From Aplysia californica (lineage: Eukaryota): a stretch of 64,000 nt of DNA. The stretch is from NCBI RefSeq assembly GCF_000002075.1, contig NW_004797319.1, positions 1,028,714-1,092,713 of the forward strand, given 5' to 3'. Shown one piece after another: positions 63,007 through 64,000 of the stretch. Numbering within the stretch: position 1 is the stretch's first letter; every line of letters begins with the position of its first letter. Made by a program: the position numbers and the translations under genes. The notes beneath the pieces are model-generated. The model was not told where the DNA came from, did no database searches, and was given only the letters and a program-made list of their open reading frames with translations.

Positions 63007-64000
63007 ATGAAATCTTTAATGTGATGATTAATATCAACGGTATAAAAAATATTGTCAGGGTTTACTAGTCCTTAACCCTAACTCTGGCAAATGGTTTCAA
63101 CAGAAATGGCAGGGCCAGTCAGCCAAAACGTGCACATGCTTTACAAATCAAATTTATGGACTTGCATCAAATAAAAACCCTACAAAAGTATATATTTTTT
63201 GAAAGATAATTGAATGAACTTTTATATTTTACCATTGAACATATGATTTTATTTTATTTTCAAGGGGTTATGTAACTTTGAAATCCAAGATGGCTGACAT
63301 AAAAAATTTACATGCTCATTAGCATATTCACCAATCTAATGTATTCCTTGTTATAAAAAATGTGAGATAGCAGAAATATGGGTTTTTCAATTACCTTTCA
63401 GAAAATGTATAGTTTTATAGGTTTGAGAAGAACAGGTAATGAGTTATGACTGTTTCAATTTGTCATGTGGTCTGTTTCGAACGCAGCTGATACTCGCTAA
63501 TTTTATACCAAACTCAACATAAAAACACTCTAAGTACAACCATGTGGTTTTCAGCAATCTGCTGGTAGTCTGTAATAATTAGTATAGCAAAAGGAACCTA
63601 CTTTACTCTATAGCTCTCCTTTTTCTGCCCCTATTAGACTCCCAAAGTAGTAGAATCTAGTGTTCCATTTGAAAGAGAAGTCGGGGCAGGATGAGAACTG
63701 GTAATGTATCCCCATTGTCTGTCAGATCTAATCCCAATCTTGACTGAACACCAATAAATCCACCACTAACAGTGTCTGAATTACTTTCCCTAGTCAATTC
63801 ACTTTCAAATGTATCCAAAAAAGATCGATTTTTGGCCATTTTAGACCCACACAAGTGATAGATCTACATTGGCATTAGTGGCTTGTGACCTGATCAACAA
63901 GCTTTCAAAACATCCCTCTGTTTTGAAAGCAAAATACTCTTCTCCTAAGCCAGAATGGTAGAAATATTCTGATTGGTTGTAGGTTAGCCTTTTAGCCAAT

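Noticed and set aside
1-64000. CRISPR array or prokaryotic system
   Set aside because: No repeat-spacer array or operon structure; spliceosomal introns throughout.

Overview
AT-rich, intron- and repeat-rich eukaryotic DNA, probably from an invertebrate; the transposon and SINE repertoire suggests a mollusc, but the taxon is inferred. It has three assembly gaps. Two multi-exon genes, mostly missed by the ORF track, converge tail to tail. (1) Plus strand: seven coding exons (2825-31011, 221 aa reconstructed) from the C-terminal half of a SAMHD1-like dNTP triphosphohydrolase. Substrate-pocket residues are kept, several allosteric and oligomer-interface residues are changed, and the C-terminus is short. 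(2) Minus strand: the last five coding exons (61974-50867) of a C2H2 zinc-finger protein with a long disordered tail. Both genes start outside the window. The rest is a dense and often nested set of dead or non-autonomous transposons: RTE and I/Nimb LINE remnants, tRNA-derived SINEs, mariner and pogo, piggyBac, hAT with 8-bp and 6-bp TSDs, a MULE, Sola1-like MITEs and a Helitron. I found no CRISPR array, rRNA gene or bona fide tRNA gene. All alignments were done by eye, and human residue numbers are from memory.
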